From the human T2T-CHM13v2.0 reference genome, Homo sapiens, in assembly GCF_009914755.1 (NCBI RefSeq), contig NC_060937.1: DNA of 64,000 nt. One strand, 5' to 3'. Of this stretch, positions 43,261-58,439 are shown one piece after another. Both the position numbers and the translations under genes were made by a program. Positions within the stretch are counted from its first letter, which is position 1. The number at the start of each line of letters is the position of its first letter. The notes beneath the pieces are model-generated. The model was not told the DNA's origin. It worked only from the letters and a program-made list of their open reading frames with translations, and made no database searches.

Positions 43261-44084
43261 GCAACCGATAAGAAATTGATCTCCTGATTTGATTTTCATA
43301 CAAAAAAATCAAGCTGGTAAAATAAAAATTATCTTTTGGGGTTTCCATTAATGGGATTTTATTATAGTCAAAACTGTTTTCTATAATAGGTTGCATTGGT
43401 TCCTAACAGTTTCTTTCAGAGTCTTTCTGCAATTAATAGGCACAAACACACACATACAAACATATATTTAAACAAAGGATGCTTATCAAAAGAGAAATGT
43501 TGTCAATTTAGCAATTCTGAAGTTGAATTTTTAAATATTTAGAAAATGAGGCTTTTTGTTATTACAAGCTATTTCAATTATTGGGGGTAAAGGCATTTAT
43601 TGTGTTACTGTGGATCCCAAGATGGAGCTGTGATGTTTGCTAGGTCAAATGCAACAGTAGCGGGAACACATTATCAGCTAACAACAGATTTCCCACTTGT
43701 GCATTTAGAAACTGGTGTGTGTGTGTTGGCTGACAGCCTCTAAGCAGGTCATTATTTTATTAATGAAAAAATAGAGGAAATAAGATCGTCCAATATACGT
43801 CCTAACAGTGGCTCTTAGCTTTATCATCACCCTTGCATAAGACGTCAAATCCCGTGCAACGCCAATGGCCCTTCACAGACTCCAAAACTTTCCCTAATCC
43901 TCTCAGTCTCTTCCAACTCTACATTTCTCCAGTTACTTGTGTCATATTTATTATGATTCATGTCCTATACCTCAATGAATTTTAGTGACTGATACATTTA
44001 TATAATTTTCCTCATTTTTTTGCTCATTTACTTGTATAACTATATACCCTCCGAAAAAGTCTGTTAATCAAACATGACATTAAG

Positions 44085-44300
44085 TAATAGTTTTTTAAAA
44101 ATGTACTCTGCAGTCAGTGTCTGGGTTCAAATCTTTGTTCTTTCATTTACTACATGTATGAACTTGCACAAATTAATTACTATCTTTATGCCTCAGTTTC
44201 CTCATCTGTAAAATGGTCAAAATAATAGTACCTATTTCATAGGCTTATTCTGGGAGTGAAATGAGCTAATACTTGTAAAACAATGGTAAGCAGTATAGAT
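44085..44300 (+). mobile_element. MIR
   Basis: ctgggttcaaatc...tgcctcagtttcctcatctgtaaaatgg...aataatagtacct. Confidence 0.85.
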
Positions 44301-44916
44301 TTTTGAGAAGTAAATACTCGAATGAAGGGTAAGTTTAGCGGAATAACAGTTGGATGTTAGGTATGAACATTTTCACAAATAGAGAGTGGCACTCAAATTT
44401 CCTGGAATTCAGCTTTCCAGCAAAGGTAAATGAAATTAAATCAGGCATTTGACAGAAAGTTACATAGGCTTTGAGCATCATAAAAAAAAAGGGCAGGCAC
44501 AAAGCATATGTGGTGCATGCCTCATGCAAGGTTTGCTGTACTTGTTAGTTATAGCATACTCTCTCTTGTTATATGAGATAAGACTTATGAGTTCAGATAG
44601 CTAACTATCTCTTGAGTTTTCATTGAGTGATAAAGAATAGAAGTTTAGAAGGAAGTAAAGGAATCAGTGTGAAGAGCAATCAACTGAAAATGACAGCTGA
44701 TAGGGGAAAGAAAACAGGACACTGGTGGCTGCTTCTGGCATGGTGACCACAGACACCTTCAGCCTGAGAAAAATATTTGCAGGTGGTTTGGCAGATGCAG
44801 AGGAAAAGGCTATTTCATACGTATATACTTCCCAAATCTAAATCAATGCAACAATGATTATCATTCTTTCAAAAATCCTTTTAAGTTCTTTAGAATGAGC
44901 ACATTTTTAACAGCTA

Positions 44917-44920
<4 letters not shown>

Positions 44921-44949
<29 letters not shown>
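44921..44949. repeat. (CA)n microsatellite
   Basis: Direct. Confidence 0.95.
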
Positions 44950-44951
<2 letters not shown>

Positions 44952-47062
44952 ATATGGCACATATACTACAAAAATGGCCTCACTTAAATTATCTCAACTA
45001 ATGTTGCATTATTATAAGCACATAATCTCATCTTAACATCTCATACCATTAGCAGATAAATTTTATATTTTTCAGACTTGCATTTAATTGTTACTATGGA
45101 AATGTATTTATTGAATGTATCAGTGGCTTAAACTAAAGTTGACAAGTACCAATAGAAGTAGAAACATCGGTTTTATAACTAAAAAAAATGTCATAAGCAT
45201 AAAAGGTGAATAAATTCCAGTGGGAATATGAAGTATAAATTTCAATGTACTAGTACAAGTAAATCAACAGGTGGGATTTTATAAAAGCAGCTAAAAGGAA
45301 AGAGAGATTAAGGAGTGGGAATTTCTGTGGAATCATATCTTTACCCCACTACTTAGTATGTTACCTACTAAGAGACATTTAAAAGAAAGACATGAAATCG
45401 CTGAAACTTTTCCTGCTATTTTCAAAGGAGAAATAAATTCAGAGTGACATCTTGAGTAAGCCAGCCAAGGTTTTGCAGAACCAATATAAAATGATGCATA
45501 TCTATATGAAACCAACTCATTTGCTAAAAGCAGAAAAGAGACCCAAATTACAGACATCCTTCAGATTTGCAGTTTTCTCCAAAAACAGAAAAAAATATGT
45601 AACTAAGGAGAAACACAAAGACCCAGTAACAAAGTTAATGATAAATATGCTCGGAGAGAAAGCAGAGGGAACTACTGCATATTTTCCCATTTACATAATA
45701 TTGTTGAAAGTCACATGAGGCCAATAGCATTTAAGGCAAAAGAGTGACAATTTTCTCAGGACATGCTTGCATACCTTTTGCTTCATAGTTGGGTGAATAC
45801 ACGGATGTGTAGATCATGAATTATGTCATAGCCTATGTGTAGCAAATATATGAGAGAAAAGTGCTCAAAACTTTTTGTCACTTTTTCAGTGAATGCTCAA
45901 AGTGCATGAGAAGAGATATTTAATTTAGCTAATGCAGAGGAAAGCCACAAGATCTGATGGTTTTATAAATGGGAGTTCCCTTTATGGGCCAAGGTACAAA
46001 TTAGAAAAAATATGCTATGATTACTACAACTGAATTCCAAACGTAAGTGTGTAAGGAAGATCAATGTTTCATGCATAGAAGTTTTGGACCAAATGCCACT
46101 CTACATAGTATTTACCATTCTCAAAGGACGGACAGTGATCCAAAAATAAATCTCAGTGTTGGAGAAAACAATAAAATTCAAAATACAATCTAGCCACTCA
46201 ATGCACAGTTGTTCTTTGCTTTTTAATATATGAATAAATCAGCTACGAGAAATTCTGGTTTTAAGTAGATTTGCTATCCGCAATCAAGATGCTCACACCA
46301 ATCTTTTAAGCAAATAATGAAACCAAAACATTTTTTCATTATCTTTTGTATGATGTCAAGCATTTGCTCCAGCAATATATTAAAGTAATGTATTCAGTGT
46401 CTTTAGTAGTCTGAACCTATCTCTTTAAAGTTGAAATATAACAAATACTGTCAAGGATGTAATATCAAGACTCCTGAAGATGACTTCACTGTGGTACAAA
46501 CAGTCTAATAGCCAAGAGTCATGCTTTCTTGTGACATATTGAATTTCATGATTTATTAATGAAGTAAGTTGATTCTGTATTATTGACTTTTTTTTTAACT
46601 TCAAGAACAAACATGAAGGAGGACTTTTCAAGGCCAAATGCACAGAATGGACTCACATTCTTTTAGCCACCATCATCACTGGGACATGGTGAGCCTTCCT
46701 GTTTGTGAACACAACCTACTCCCCTGCTTAACTTCTTCAAATGTTAAACGCAACTTTAGAGAAAAATTTCCTCATGATATTAGGGTTCACTTTGAGTCCA
46801 AATACCTAGAACCTTTGGAAAGAGTCAAAAAACACTCAGCACCTTTTCTGAACAGCTGTAATGTGAGTCAATCTGACGCAGTCCAATAGACATAAAGTGT
46901 GAAGACAGAACACAACTGGATGAGGAAATGCTCTTAGGAATCACATTATCTCTTAGCAAGACAGATGCAGTAACCAGGTGAAATATTTCCTACAGTATAA
47001 TCTACAACACATGGTAATGATATTGACTTTGAAATATTTTAATTTCAAAAAAATATTCTTAC

Positions 47063-47137
47063 CTCCATATATTGACTCCAAGATTATCACATTCTAATAA
47101 CCAGCTGTGGGATGTAGAAGGCTTGGAAAAGCATCAG
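47063..47137 (-). other. Candidate 75-nt spliced exon (non-coding or uORF)
   Basis: Minus strand: ctctttatttttaccctaag|CTGATG...ATGGAG|gtaaga; an alternative internal acceptor is cttctacatcccacag|. Confidence 0.45.
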
Positions 47138-47299
47138 CTTAGGGTAAAAATAAAGAGTTGTATATTTTTGTATTAATACACAATATCAAGAATGACCATT
47201 TTTTAAAACATAGACTCTCTTTAAGGCAATAACGCATGAATGCTTATTTCTAATACATTATAGGTTCAATCATAGAAGAGGAATAAAAACTTGTATTTT

Positions 47300-47990
47300 T
47301 TTAAATAATAAAAAATTTAATACAACACTATATAAAGTGAAAGGAAATGTCTATTCCCTATCTAAGCACTGAAGCTCATTTCCAAAGATGACCCCTGATT
47401 GGGTTGAATAAGGGTTGATCTTTCTTAAAACTCCCTTTTGCACATAAAGTTACCTTTCCTTACAATTTGCTTTTTAATTTCATTTACCATGCTGTGGGCA
47501 AATATATATTCAGTTCATACATGTTTATCACTTTTTGTTGTTGCATAATATTCCAATGGATAGACATGCTGGACTATACGTAACCAATGCCTTCCTTATA
47601 ATAATGAAACAAAATTGAAACAATTTTGTAATTACAATCAATCTGGCTGTTAGAATATTTTACACACACCTTGCATAGTTGTACAGGAACACTTTTAGAA
47701 TAATGTCTTAGAGTTTGAATTGTGGGTCAAAGAATTGTATTTATAAATGCTGTCAAATTATCCATCAATAATACCATCCCAGCCAAGAGCTCATCTATTT
47801 TCAATTCCATCTGGACTTTCTCTCTAGTGGGTGAAAAAATACATCTTTTTATTTGAATTTGAACTATTTGTTTATTTGTGAGGTTGAATAAACTTTTAAA
47901 TGATTACCACATTTTATTTAGTTTCTAAATTACTTGTTTTTACTTTTTGCCTGGTAGGTTATTTATATTGTTGTTGTTGTTGCCATTGTT
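47300..47990 (-). mobile_element. Old L1M fragment
   Basis: Reverse L1M 3' motifs: ttgcataatattccaatgg, aattgtgggtcaaag. Confidence 0.55.
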
Positions 47991-48014
47991 GATTTATAAA
48001 AATAAAAAATGTTG

Positions 48015-48337
<323 letters not shown>

Positions 48338-48344
48338 AAAGTTA

Positions 48345-48560
48345 ACAGTAACAATAAGGCCAGGAAGAGCTGGATAGTAAGCATGTAAAAAGTGCCTGGC
48401 ACTATGCTAAGACTTTGCATGGAGGGGCATGACATCTTCAAATCAAGCATATGAAACAAGATGTATTACTGGGCTCAATGCTGTGCACTGCATTTGGGAT
48501 GGAAAAATGGCAGAACCCTGTGAATCAAGCTTGACTCCAGTCTGTATACTTATCCACTGT
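48345..48560 (-). mobile_element. MIR fragment
   Basis: gtgcctggcactatgctaagactttgcatg...cagaaccctgtgaatc. Confidence 0.5.
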
Positions 48561-49669
48561 TATTCTGCCTTCCTATTTGTATGCATCAATTATTTTCTAG
48601 ATTTTAAGCCACATAATGTCTTAGCACTCCACCCAACATTATTAAAATGTTTAAAGGTTTCGGTATCTAAAATGATGAGCTCCCATTACCTGGAATTTAT
48701 TTATAGAAAACACCTCATTTTCCAATAGTGCCAGACAAATGTTGCTACATATCTTTAACACTACATTGATCTGTCAACCTCTGCTAGCTGGAGTGATATA
48801 GAAAAACAGGAATTAAAGAAAAACTGTGGCTCAGCCAACAAAAGAATTGCCATAAAGCCCAGGTACTAAGGTTTATTTATTTTGCCCCGAAGGAGGGAGC
48901 AGAAGCTCCCACTCAGAGAGCTTTACGCACACTTCTAATGCCCTCGGCCTTTGCTGCCCCAAAGGCTGAAAGCATCATGTTAGATAGCGGGGGTCACCCC
49001 AAGGGGTGGCACACTCACATCAACAAGTAGCTGGCTGATAGTAACAGAGGACAAAGAAAATTCCTGAAATAGAAGCAGGGCGTTCCTTCGGAGTAGGGGC
49101 AAATATGGAAGCCACTATGATCTGAGTAGTTTAATGTGGTCTACTGAAGTGCAGTGTAGTCTAATGACAGAACTGAAGGTAACAACAGAGAATATTTACT
49201 CACCAGCATTCCAGGGGGACCAAGAAAGAAAGTCCTCCTGGTTGGGTCTACTCTTCCAGAGGAAAACTCTCAGACAGAGGGAATCAATTACCCATTCAGG
49301 AACTACATGGATTAGCTAAGGCACATGTTGGCATGTGGGCCCTGGGAGAAGCAGAACATGAGTGGGAAGGAAGAAAGTCATGACCCACACAGTGTGGCAC
49401 AATCCCTCTTCTGTGAACTTCCACATCTTCAGTAAAGGGACAATTTTATAAAAGGCTTGGCTCACTGCAAATGTGCAGAAGGTAAATGCAAGCCAAACAA
49501 GATGGTATCCATCAACAGAAGAGTAGAAACAGAGGCACCTTAAGGAGGGAGTGTAGGGTTGGGATAAAACAGGAATTAAGAGAAAAACTTCAGCTTCCCC
49601 CAGCTGTGGAATTAAATATTCAAACTAAATCCCCAAGAGGCAGAGAAGTTCCAAGTGACATCCAAATTA

Positions 49670-49940
49670 TAATAGTAGTAATTATAATAAAAGCATCCAA
49701 TAGCAATCCCACTTACATGTCAGGCATCCTACTGTTTTCACATGCACATTGTATCACTTAATTCTCACAACTTCCCAGTGAGATTGATACCAATCATTAT
49801 TCTCTCCATTTTGCAGGTAAGGATGCTGTGGCTCAGAAAGACTAAACACTGTGGCCTACATCATGAAACTAATAAGTGATACAGCCACAACGTGAGCCCA
49901 GCTCTATCTCCAGAGACAGTACCATTCACAACTACATTCC
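49670..49940 (-). mobile_element. MIR
   Basis: ttaattctcacaac...ccattttgcaggtaaggatgctgtggctcagaaag. Confidence 0.75.
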
Positions 49941-51612
49941 GTTCATAGCAGAATATCCCTGAGATATCAAAAATAAGTAAGTTTGTTACTTTTTGATCTA
50001 AGAAACAAGGCAGAGAGTAATACTCTTAAAGGTATTTCCATAAATTATTTTACACTTTAAAAATCCTATTTGTTTAAATTTAGTAAGGCTGATTGGTTGT
50101 CAAAAGCTAAGTTCTTCTGCCTGAATCCCTTTAGACTCCAAGTTCCTCGTCTATCAAATGAATGATTAATTGCTAAGACCCCTTCTTGCTCTTGCTGTGA
50201 TGAACTCAGAACATTTCAATGCCTAGCAGTGAGGTGGGAAAAGGCTTTGGTGAAAATATCACACTGTCCTCATCATGGGCATGTGACACAAGGCAGCCGT
50301 GGGAACACACACCTGGCTCCCAGGCTCTGGAAACCGTCTTGGCTTCACAGGGTTGCATCTTCCTTTCACTTGCTTGAAAGACAGGAAGTACCTTTTAAGG
50401 AACCTAGGGATCCCTAAAATTCCTTAAATGCTTTGTTGTACACAGAAGGACATTAAAACCTGGCAAGGTAAGGGCTGCGACTATAAGGCTGCACAGCTCA
50501 GGGTCACATCTTGCCTAAGACCTGGTTTTCTGAGAATCCAGGCAAGGGAGCCTCAGAAGTAGGAGGAACAGAACACCCACAACACCTCGCAGTGAGGCCA
50601 GTGCTCAGGATCAGGACCAGAGATATTGCTGAAGAGGCAGCTAATTCACAAGACAAGGGCTCTCACAGTTTCTTTTAAGATGGAGCCTGATGAGATGGTT
50701 GTCCTGAGCTTGGTGGATGATGACGGTGACCATGTGTATGAGGTGGTCATCCTACAAGCAATGGGAAATGTCTGCTTCTGAAAAGTAGACATTAGGACCC
50801 AGAAAATGGTTCTATAATGAAATCAAACAACTCCTGCATGAAGTCCAGGAGGGCAAGAATGTGTGTAACCCAACTTTTCTTCCCAGCACCTTGCCCAGTG
50901 CCCGCCATAGGCACTCAATTACATGTGTTGAGTGAAAGAAACAAGAAATTGTCATGACTATGTCCAACAAGTAGGCATGCCAAATGCATGTAGTGTAGAA
51001 AACCAACTCTCAGTATGTTTGTTTAAAGAATGACTCACAATTTGGCATCTTCTTGCATTTACTCTGAATTCCTGACATGTGTACATATAGATACATTGTA
51101 TAACCATGCTAGCTTATATGTGTTTATAGATTCCTTTGGATTATTTTCTACTCTTTTAATTTTTTAAATTTATTAAGTTTATTCTATTCAAAATAAAGCA
51201 TTCTTAATAATAGAAAGGGATTTTGCAATATTTTGGTGTGTCCTCAACATGAAAGGTAGTAATACGGTTGACTATAGTGAGATTATATACATTCATTCAT
51301 TTTGTTTTGTTATATCACAGCTAATGTGTTTTAAGTTCAATTGACAGATGTATTCCCAGTACTCAGGAGAGTGCCAGAAACTCAGTAGGCTGTCAATAAA
51401 TATTATTGTACTCATGAATACACAAAAGTATGCAAATCAGTACCACCAGTCATGAAAAACTTTCTAATAGTCTGTCTTTACACAAAGACCTTCCTTTAGA
51501 GAACTACTTCATAGTGAAAATTGTGACCACATTATGATAAGCTTCCAGCAACTGCGCATCAGATCACTCCCCTTCACACACACACAAAAATGTATACTTA
51601 AAAATACATGTG

Positions 51613-51935
<323 letters not shown>

Positions 51936-54375
51936 TCATTCCTGAGATGATGAAGATTACAGGAGGGTCAGGCTGTAGGGGAATCAAGTGTCCTGTTTTA
52001 GACATTTTAAGTTTGTAATGTAAGACTTCTTAAGAGACAGTTGGCTATACAGACTTTTTTTTGGTAGCAAACATTTTTTTGGGTTTAAAACTTTAAAAAT
52101 ACTTTACTAAAAAAGTCTTCATACAGCGTGATCCAGTTGGGGATCAAACACAGATTTTTTAAATTAGTTGTAAGAATGCAAATGTTCATATAAAAGCTAT
52201 TATTAAAATTGTTCTTGGCGTACGGTCCCAGAAAGAAATGTTTTTTTTTTTCAGTCACACATTCATGTACACACATGCATGCACACACATAAGCACACAT
52301 ACATGAATCCACAACAACTGCCTAGGTGCCTAAGCAAAAAGCGTTCTGCACACATCCAAGCACACACAACCTAAAACATCTCATCTGTAACTCCAGTAAC
52401 ACATCTCAACTTTATAAACCTTCCCTTTTCAAATAAAGACAGCTTTAACATCAATATAGAAAAAGAAAATACTAATTCACTTATCTTAGAAAACTTTAGC
52501 AACATCTATTAAAAGCAGGTTAGACGAACGATACTAAAAGCAGCAAAAGCAGGGAAAATCTACCAAAACAAGCATCTGTTCACCTTTTGCAGAATTATAC
52601 ATATGCAAGAACATTTTGCCATATTTTGTAACACTTTTTTCCGAACACTAACAGGTAATATTAGAAACATATACTTTCTCTACATCATGTATACATAAAA
52701 CACAGAGCTACACACATACCAAATACATAAAAGAACCCACAACTCTTCAGGTTATATTAGAACTGCCCTCAGCCCCTCCTTTATACATCTCTCTTTCTGA
52801 TTGTCTTGTTAAAATAAGAATTCTTATTTAATCTGTAATCGTCAGAAGAAATAAGAACCAAATATCTAACTATGTCTGATAATATATGTGGTTTTATGAA
52901 GTTAAAATATTTTACAGTCAATTACAGTTAATACAGTTCATTTTTGTTCTAATTTCTGAATACTCTTTCCTACTTCGGTAAAATTATTGATGTAATAGCA
53001 TATCTATGTATACTTTGTGCTAATAGAGCAAATACACTTAGTTCTCTATTGATCTCCCATAAGATATAGTTGTGGTTACATTTACAATGTTTCATTACTC
53101 GTATTTGAATATCCTGAGTACAATTTCTGGATGTATTTGCTTTAATTCCAAAATAAACTGTACCCAGTGGCAGCTCTGTTACTGAGATTTCAGTATCGAG
53201 TTCCAGGCTCTTCACCTCCATGCCAACAGTACTACAAAGAAAACACTTCCTAGAGCATGGAGACAAGAATTGGCTTCTCTTCTTGGCAACAGATCCCGTG
53301 TTGATGATTTTTAAAAGAATAAGTGTTCAGTTCAAGAGCCCTAGAGAGGCTGATAACTGCAGCTCTGGTCATTTGAGGAAAAAAAGGAAAGAGATTTTTA
53401 AAAGCCAGACACAGGGGCATGGAATAATAGACATTTCCTTTAATTAAAAAAATAAAATAAAATAAGCAAAAGCAAGTTTTGAGTAATAACATATGGAGCT
53501 CCTTATAATTAGATTAAAAACACATAGATACATACATAGATTAATGTCTTTGATGTGTCTGGACTTCAGATCAATTATGCACATGCTAATGTTCAATTTC
53601 CATAAGAATAAAGCAAATGACAATTATATGTTGGCTTAATTTTGTTTGACAAAGACACTCTTCAGACTCCTTAGCAAGAAACTTGGTTCTATTCCATATG
53701 AGTTCACTCCTAGAATCTGCAAAACTCCATGAAGAAGAAATTAGCTAATTTGTATAATAAATAGACCCAATCTCCTCTCATCAGACTTGCAGATCTTAGC
53801 TATCCTAGAATAAAAAAAGGATGAAGAGTCATAGGGGTTTGTTAATCTCCCCTCTGAATGAAGGCCTCTAGGAAATGACTTAGGTGGTAGATTTCACACA
53901 AAAAGGCACTTGGGTCTCTTGAGTGAAGACTTTCAGGACCTATGACTGTCCCTGTTGCTCATTGCTGCTCCTTCCCCTGACCACCATCTTGTCTCTTGGA
54001 AGAGAACAAATGCAAGATAATTACAAGAGAAAATTGTTATCTCATATAACTCTACCGTTTTAAAATAATTTCAGTCACCCTGTTGGAAAAGGCTAATTGA
54101 AACTTGAGTAAGGGTAGAGTCCCAGAAAAAAATTTTAAAAAATAATAAATCTCGATGGAATAAGAAAAATCTGCTTTCTCATTCTTTTATCTGCCTTTAC
54201 CTGTATGGCTTTGAGTAGCTCACTTAATTTCTCTAGGTTGAGTCTCTTTTATACAATGAAGGCCTCTGACTAAATTATGTTTTAGGTTATTTCTAGCTCT
54301 AAAATTGTATGCTTCCATGCATAAGATGGATTGTTTGCCAGGGAGGTTTACCAGCCGCAATGGGGGAGCACTCAC

Positions 54376-54681
54376 GGAAAATGACAGCAGGACTGTGGCC
54401 TCCATCTCCAGCACAGATAAAAATGGAAGCACAGTTCATCTCCATTTCTCAGCCCCTGATGAAAGTGGTGGTGGCTACCCAATCCGGAAACGATGGAATT
54501 GACAAGGGGAAAACTCGCCGAGGGAAATCATATCTTCTACAGACTCTCCCTTCTCGTCACCTCTCTCAACAGATGAACTGACATTGAGTGGAGGGGACAA
54601 ATGGGCTTCAGGGACAGGGATGTGTGTATTGTGCGGCGCTGCAATAGCCACGTAGAATAGTAATCGACTAAAACTTCTTTC
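54376..54681 (-). other. Candidate 306-nt spliced exon of an unidentified minus-strand transcript (5'UTR or lncRNA)
   Basis: Acceptor ttttgtttttgtttttaacag|GAAAGAAG; donor TTTTCC|gtgagt; unique sequence retaining many CpGs. Confidence 0.65.
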
Positions 54682-55226
54682 CTGTTAAAAACAAAAACAA
54701 AAACAAAACAAAAAAGTCTGATTCTGAAAAATATCTTTGGAAATAATGAAAATTATAGCCAACAATATAAAATGATTGGTGAGAAGAGAACCAGAGAAGA
54801 TCTCAAGAATGCACACGTATCTCAGAAACCCACCCCACAATTGCCCTGTGAGCTCCTGTCTCGACGCTAAATAATCTTTGCTAATTCAAAGCCAGATCTT
54901 TAATCTTCATATTACAGAATGCAAATGCACATGTTTATACTTAAAATGAAAGGCAGCTTGATATAAAAGAATCTTTACTTCCTTCAAAATGCTATGTTAA
55001 GTGCCACAAATCTCCTGAAGATGGTATTAATTTCCTCTAATAATAATTTCTGGGTCATTAAGTTCATTGCATTTTACTTTATGTGCTCCTTATCAAGTAC
55101 ACAGAAGCCTGCGCAATTTCTCCCAGGAGTCCGGCTGCCATATCAGAAAGGCTCACACTTTCAAAGGATTAATAACACCTCTCTGGTGCTTTTAAAAATC
55201 CCTCGCTAATCTCCAGACTCACTTAC

Positions 55227-55370
55227 GCTGCCCTGCCTGGCCTTGCTTCTGTGTGACGGAGGCATTGGTGCGCCGGAGCTAGGGCAGCACTCCAGCTCAC
55301 AGCAAATGGGGAGCAATCCGCCAGGGCAGAATGGATAAGCCAACTCGTATTTCTTTTATGTCTTTCTCCC
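55227..55370 (-). other. Candidate 144-nt spliced exon
   Basis: Acceptor gtgacctttattttccctccctttccag|GGGAG; donor GCAGC|gtaagt; GC- and CpG-rich unique sequence. Confidence 0.6.
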
Positions 55371-56357
55371 CTGGAAAGGGAGGGAAAATAAAGGTCACCC
55401 CAATATGAATAAAGCAGCCTTTTGATGAAAGGCATTTGAAGGGATTTCTCTGCTTGTAATAGGAATCCTAATTCAATTGAATGATGTGACTTAATCTAAC
55501 CAAGTAACTCAGGCTAGTTAGCCTGCAAACTGGCTTGACTGGTAAAAGCAGAATTATTCACTACTTTTAACTGTGTTTTTACTGGTGCAAAACTTACCTT
55601 AAGTTGGTATAGACAAATTTTCATTTGCAAACCGTAAGTACTGATCCATGATGACGGTAGTAGCATTTATCGATATCAATCAAAAATCTCTCCAATACGT
55701 AGGTCCTCCCTCTCACATACCAGATATTTATTATCTCATCTAATAAGTTAGGGTTTTAAAGAGACATTGCAAATCAATAATATTTTCTATTATTTTGAAG
55801 GAAATTATGATTCTTTTGGCTGGTGTGTCTAAATTAACCTAATTAGAATTTGTTAATTTATTAACCATCCAGAGTGTAAAGCAGTGAACAGGAGAAGTGG
55901 ACAGAGCAAAGCAGACACGGATGTAACATCCAGTTGCAGAGTGCACTCTGGAAACAGCACCAGGGTCGAAAAGTTGTACCCTGGTGATGAATGTCTCAGT
56001 TCTGCTCTAGGACTATATCTTCTTGTTAGAGCTATATCTTTTTGTTCAATACCTTTATCATATGTAATAGCTATGCAAACATAAATATAACCACATATAG
56101 TAGACTGATTAGTTCCCAGACATTCAGCATGGGCAATCCATGTGTGAAGCATGTTTTTTTCAGAAACCATAGAAAAGTAAACAAACCGTCAAGCTCCAAT
56201 GCTCTTTTAGTCATTGGCACAATCTGTAAAGTGGGTTAACAGTCCTCTGAGATCTTACAGGATTAAGGATAATATTTTCAAGATTTAAAACAAAATCCTT
56301 CATTTCACTTTCTAATTCCAAAGCAGTACACATGTTACATGACGCAAATGAATTTAA

Positions 56358-56960
<603 letters not shown>

Positions 56961-58439
56961 TAAGGCAAAAATGTTCCTGGTGCTGTGGTCATGGCTCTGC
57001 CTGCCTGCAGTGGTGGGGATGCCTACAGTTTGTGAGTTCTGGCCTGTTCCTTCTGGACTGGCTCTAAATCAGTTGGGCACCCCCTGGCTCAGCCCCCATG
57101 AAGGCTTGCATGCCCTGTTGCATACACCCAAGTCTGCCTGAGTATCTCATGCCATCCCTAGCCCACAGGCCTCCTGCTCTGTGACTATAGCAATGCCCTG
57201 AGCAAGCTCTCCAACCAGCATCATCAGCTACTTTACACAACTGTCCCCAGAGACCATGAGCTCCTGGATCCCAGCCAACTGCAAGAGGGCTGGAGGAGCT
57301 AAGTTCAGGCCCTCGCCTTCTGCCTCACTTTACCAAATGGCCGGTTTTACTGTGATAGGCACCAGCGTGTCCCAAATCCAGTACAGGTTAGAGCACTGGT
57401 AAGCGTCTGCCTCTGGGATCCTCAGGGATCTGTGCTGCCCCTCCCCACACACTGCCGCCTCGTGGCTCCAGGGCCTTCATTTCTCAATCAGGAACGTGAG
57501 GAAGCCCCAGAGCAGGCTCTCAGCATCTCCACAATGAGTTAGATCAGGTTGTAAGAAAGAGAGGATATCTTTCCTGTACTTTCTGTTCTAGTTCCCATAA
57601 ACAGACTCAGCAGTTGATCTCTCTGGAAAAGAAAAAAAGAAAAAAGCCCTCGTTTTATATCCCAGGCTTAGCAACCATGGCCCTGTGGGGTCTACCTCCC
57701 CATAATCTCGGCGGCACGGGTTCTTCTAACTTTCTGCTCTTTTCGCTTCCGGAAAATAGGCTTAGCTTATCCCAGCCACATATAGTCTCTGTTCTGGCCT
57801 ACCAAATAGTGTAGACAATGCATGTCAGAGGAGCTTATAAATGATAAACAGCTGTGGCTAGAGCAAGAAGGTGACCAGGAGGGAGGGATAGGATACAGAT
57901 AGGTCAAGAAAGAGACAGTGAATCCAAATTCCTACCAGATGCTTATTTTTTCCTCAAAGTTAAGCTGTTTCTCATCTTTACATATAATTGTTGATTTATT
58001 TATTCTTTTCAGGAACGTTTTAAAGTGGCAAATGTGAACTGAAACTCAGGCTCGATTTTATGTTTCATTGACAGATGAGATTTTTTTTATTTCCTGGGCT
58101 TTGGAGTATAAATGACACTTTTCAATGGAATCATTTGATGATAAAAAATCTGACGGAATAAAAAACTATAATGTATTGGAGTGCCAGCACCTTTTTCGAT
58201 AAGTTGAGTATTTCCCTGGAGATAAGCACTTCCCTAATGATGATGTCTCTTCTCTCTCAAAAATATTTAACTTTATAGAATTAGAGAAAGATAATTATCT
58301 GAACATCATCAGTGAATCAGTTCACATTTACACAGTGCATTCTCTGGGTCATCAAATGCTAAGTTGTGGAAATACAGCAAAGAAGAAAACAGACACATGA
58401 TCTTCGTCCTCATGAAGCTTGTCCTCATGGTTCATCACT

